This document shows, in pieces, positions 61,044 to 64,000 of a stretch of DNA of 64,000 nucleotides. Within the stretch, counting starts at the first letter, position 1. Every line of letters starts with the position of its first letter. The DNA comes from Thermoanaerobaculia bacterium (GTDB taxonomy: Bacteria > Acidobacteriota > Thermoanaerobaculia > Gp7-AA8), in NCBI GenBank assembly GCA_035996815.1, contig DASYJF010000114.1, forward strand, positions 70,786-134,785, written 5' to 3'. A model generated the notes under the pieces. That model worked only from the letters and a program-made list of their open reading frames with translations. It had not been told where the DNA came from and did not search any database. The translations under genes were made by a program, and so were the position numbers.

Positions 61044-63119
61044 TTGCCGTTTCGCGACGATGCTCAGCGCCTGATCGACCAAAAGAAATTCGACGAGCTC
61101 GAGTCCCTCTGGATGTCGCAGCTCGACCGCGACCCGAGCGACGTCGACTCGTTCATCACCACTGCCCGCGTGCTCCGCAAGTCGGAGCAGCGCACGCAGT
61201 CCGACACGCTTCTCGGCCTCCTCTCCGACACGCTGCTGGAGAAGAAGTTGTGGCCGCTGCGGCTGCAGGTGCTGAAGGAGCTCGGCCGCCTCTCGAAACA
61301 TCCCGCCACGCTGCGGCCGCAGATCGAGCAGGCGCTTCGCGGCGCGCACGGGACGCATAAGAACTTCCAGCGCGTCTACGAGTTCGCCGGCTTCGCCGAG
61401 CCGACCAGCAATCCGGTCGAGAAGGCGGAGAAGATCGAGACCTGGCTGAAGTACGACGAAGGGGAGATGTACTTCATGGCCGGCCGTGGTGCCGGCATCG
61501 TCACGGAGCTGAATCCCGACCTCGGCATCGCGCGTCTCGATTTCGAAAAAGACAAGCGTGTGCCGGTTCCGATCGGCGCGGCAGCCAAGTACCTCACTCC
61601 GCTTCCGGCTGGGCATGTGCTTCGCGAAAAGTTCAGCGACGGCGAAGCGCTGCGCGCCGAGGCGAAGAAATCGCCCGCGGCGGTGTTCGCGCGCATCCTG
61701 CAGAGTTTCGGACGTCCGATGCAGATGGGCGAAGTGCGCGACGCCGTCATCGGCATTGTCCCCGAGGAGAAGTGGAGCTCGTGGTGGACGGCGGCGCGGA
61801 AGAATCCGCAGATCGTAATCAGCGGCAGCGGCGCCAAGGCTACGTATGCCTGGAGCGCGTCGACCGGCGCGGCTGACGAAGCGATCAAGCGCGCCTTCGA
61901 TCGGGCCGATCCGAAAGGGAAGCTCGACCTCGCGCGGAAGCACAGCGCGCGCAGCAAAGATCTGGCGGATTACATCTCCGAAAAGCTGGCGTCCGAGGCC
62001 GCGAGGCTTGCGCCGCGCGATCCGGCGACGGCGTGGCAGATTGCTGCGACACTCGAGTCACTGCCCGGCGCGTACACGGCGTTGCTCGACCCGAAGTCGC
62101 TTATCACCGGGCCGCTCGCGTCGCGCGTCATCGTCGCCGTCACCGACAAAACGCTGCGCGAGCGCGCGCTCGGGCAAGTCCGTGATCTGAATCCCGACTG
62201 GCCGAAGGTCTACAGCGAAGTCTTCTTCCTCGACGAAGACCCGCGCATCCTCTCGGTCATCATCAACTCGCTGGAAGAGTCGGGGAACAAAGAGCTGCGC
62301 GACCGGCTCATCGACGAAACGCTGCGCTACCCGCGCCGCCATCCGCGCGCGTTCTACTGGTTCGCCAAGCAGCTCAACGAGCAGGAGACGCTGTCAGAGA
62401 AAGCGAACTACACCCTGTTGTTCCAGATCGTCGACGCCATCAGCTCCGATGAATTCTCAGCAGTTCGCGCGAAGCTGAAAGAGATGTTCGATCACGGCGG
62501 TCTCGCGCTGCGCATCATCATGGGCGTCGCCAACGAAGAAGGCGCGCGCAAGCTCGTCGAAACGATCGACCGCTACGGCGCGATCGAGGAGTACCGTCGC
62601 GAGACCGCGAAGGGCGCGGCGCTGATGAAGTTCCCGCAGCTTCGCGAGCCTGAGGCCGAGCCGGTGTACGCGACTGCGCAGTCGCTCGATCAGAAGCGCG
62701 CCGAGCTGACGAACCTCAAGACGGTCGAGATTCCGGCGAACTCGCGCGCGTTGCAGGCAGCGCGCGAGATGGGCGATCTTCGCGAAAACTTCGAATACAA
62801 AGCCGCTCGTGCTCGCGCCGAATATCTTTCGGCGCGCGTCGGTGAGCTGGCCTCGGAGATTTCGCGCGTTCAGGTTCTGAATCCCGATCAGGTCGACACG
62901 TCGATCGTTCGCGTCGGAACGAAAGTCGCGCTCGCGAACGGCGACGAACGCCGCGAAGTGACGATCCTCGGGCCGTGGGAATCCGCGCCGGAGCACGGCG
63001 TCTACTCGAATCAATCCGACGTCGCCAAAGCGCTCCTCGGCCACGCGACTGGCGATCTGGTGACGTTCATGGGCAACGATTACCAGATCGAATCGATCCG
63101 CATGTGGGCGGACGCGTAG
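61044..63119 (+). CDS. large (691 aa) protein with C-terminal GreA/GreB-like module (coiled-coil finger plus FKBP-like domain)
   Basis: C-terminal about 150 aa: ..AAREMGDLRENFEYKAARARAEYLSARVGEL... VQVLNPDQ...VRVGTKVAL....VTILGPWESAP is GreA-like. The N-terminal 530 aa are unassigned. Confidence 0.8.
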   Translation: MPFRDDAQRLIDQKKFDELESLWMSQLDRDPSDVDSFITTARVLRKSEQRTQSDTLLGLLSDTLLEKKLWPLRLQVLKELGRLSKHPATLRPQIEQALRGAHGTHKNFQRVYEFAGFAEPTSNPVEKAEKIETWLKYDEGEMYFMAGRGAGIVTELNPDLGIARLDFEKDKRVPVPIGAAAKYLTPLPAGHVLREKFSDGEALRAEAKKSPAAVFARILQSFGRPMQMGEVRDAVIGIVPEEKWSSWWTAARKNPQIVISGSGAKATYAWSASTGAADEAIKRAFDRADPKGKLDLARKHSARSKDLADYISEKLASEAARLAPRDPATAWQIAATLESLPGAYTALLDPKSLITGPLASRVIVAVTDKTLRERALGQVRDLNPDWPKVYSEVFFLDEDPRILSVIINSLEESGNKELRDRLIDETLRYPRRHPRAFYWFAKQLNEQETLSEKANYTLLFQIVDAISSDEFSAVRAKLKEMFDHGGLALRIIMGVANEEGARKLVETIDRYGAIEEYRRETAKGAALMKFPQLREPEAEPVYATAQSLDQKRAELTNLKTVEIPANSRALQAAREMGDLRENFEYKAARARAEYLSARVGELASEISRVQVLNPDQVDTSIVRVGTKVALANGDERREVTILGPWESAPEHGVYSNQSDVAKALLGHATGDLVTFMGNDYQIESIRMWADA

Positions 63120-63142
63120 CGCGGCTACAATCGCCGCTCCCG

Positions 63143-63787
63143 ATGGATCGTCGTCCTCTCAAGACGCGCGAGCGCGGCTGGGCGAAAGCGCTGGCGGCGA
63201 TGCTGGTCCGTGCGAGGATCAGTCCGAACGCGATTTCCGTCTTCAGCGTCGTCTTCGCCCTCGGCGCGGCGGCCGCGTTCATCGCCAGTCGCAACGCCGA
63301 GGGCGTGCAGCGGGTCGTGCTGCTGATCGCTGCGGCGATCTGCATTCAGCTCCGGCTCCTCTGCAACATGCTCGACGGGATGGTCGCGGTGGAGGGGAAG
63401 ATGGCGTCGAAGACCGGCGACATCTTCAACGAGCTGCCTGACCGCATCGCCGATCCGCTGATCATCGTTGCCGCCGGCTACGCGATCATCCGCTTCTACA
63501 CACTCGGTCCCACGTTCGGATGGCTGGCGGGATTGCTGGCGGTGATGACCGCGTACGTCCGCGTGCTGGCCGGCTCCGTCCGCGCGAAGCAGGATTTCGT
63601 CGGACCGATGGCCAAACCGCACCGCATGGCCACGCTGACGTTCGCGGCGATCGTCGACGCCATCGCCGGCTATCTCCGCTTCCGCGATTACGCGCTCATG
63701 CTCGCTCTGATCGTGATCATCCTCGGCACGATCGTCACGATGATCCGCCGCACGCGACGGATGGCCGCGGAGTTGGAGTCGCGTTGA
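63143..63787 (+). CDS. CDP-alcohol phosphatidyltransferase family protein
   Basis: Conserved D(x2)DG(x2)AR...G(x3)D(x3)D-like block (NMLDGMVAVEGKMASKTGDIFNELPDRIADP). Polytopic membrane protein. Confidence 0.8.
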   Translation: MDRRPLKTRERGWAKALAAMLVRARISPNAISVFSVVFALGAAAAFIASRNAEGVQRVVLLIAAAICIQLRLLCNMLDGMVAVEGKMASKTGDIFNELPDRIADPLIIVAAGYAIIRFYTLGPTFGWLAGLLAVMTAYVRVLAGSVRAKQDFVGPMAKPHRMATLTFAAIVDAIAGYLRFRDYALMLALIVIILGTIVTMIRRTRRMAAELESR

Positions 63788-64000
63788 GAAAATTCGTCGC
63801 GAAGGGCGTGGCCGGCATTGCGCGCCTTCTCGCCGGCGGCAACGTGCGCCGCGTCGGTTTCACGCCCGACGAGCGGCAGCGCATCTACTTCGCGAATCAC
63901 ACCAGTCATCTCGACTTCGTCCTGGTCTGGGCCGCGCTTCCGCCGCGGCTGCGCGCGATGACGCGCCCGGTCGCGGCGAAGGATTACTGGGATCGCGCAG
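63784..64000 (+). CDS. 1-acyl-sn-glycerol-3-phosphate acyltransferase-like (PlsC family), 5' part; continues beyond the window
   Basis: HxxxxD motif FANHTSHLDFVL. TTG start overlaps the previous stop (TTGA). Confidence 0.6.
   Translation, partial: MRKFVAKGVAGIARLLAGGNVRRVGFTPDERQRIYFANHTSHLDFVLVWAALPPRLRAMTRPVAAKDYWDRA

Noticed and set aside
1-64000. Searched all long ORFs for integrase, transposase, recombinase, Cas, or phage structural signatures to delimit a mobile element or CRISPR-Cas locus.
   Set aside because: None recognised. Mobile-element evidence is limited to non-autonomous repeats and the tRNA-adjacent scars, so no mobile_element feature was called.

Overview
This is a high-GC (about 65-70%) chromosomal segment from a Gram-negative bacterium. 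Gene content and repeat architecture suggest a soil Acidobacteria-like organism; that is inference, not a database hit. The window is mostly densely packed housekeeping and envelope genes. These include a late Kdo2-lipid A / inner-core cluster (waaA, lpxK, an LpxL-family acyltransferase and a GT9 heptosyltransferase), speA, argF, moaE, xthA, rlmA, pepF, an MthK-like K+ channel, and two ABC systems (one LolCDE-like with a LolA-like partner). There is a NarL-type two-component system and two ECF sigma factors. One ECF sigma is coupled to a Ser/Thr kinase. The other is coupled to an anti-sigma-like protein fused to tandem VOC domains. Also present are two type II toxin-antitoxin pairs, Uma2-type and putative PD-(D/E)xK nucleases, and a divergently transcribed regulator / DUF4157 / transglutaminase-like module. 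One tRNA-Gln(CUG) is present. The most unusual signal lies in the intergenic DNA. A 350-bp array of about 7 regularly spaced (about 43 bp) TTGATG-N7/8-CATCAA dyads sits upstream of an ECF sigma operon. A 43-bp minisatellite of about 12 units lies elsewhere. A MITE-like element with 36-bp perfect terminal inverted repeats and adjacent 42-bp tandem repeats sits next to the tRNA. At least five further families of structured interspersed repeats occur, including G-quadruplex-prone hairpins and an octamer microsatellite hairpin. Two diverged paralogous genes of unknown function bracket the tRNA locus. No integrase, transposase, CRISPR array or rRNA was recognised.
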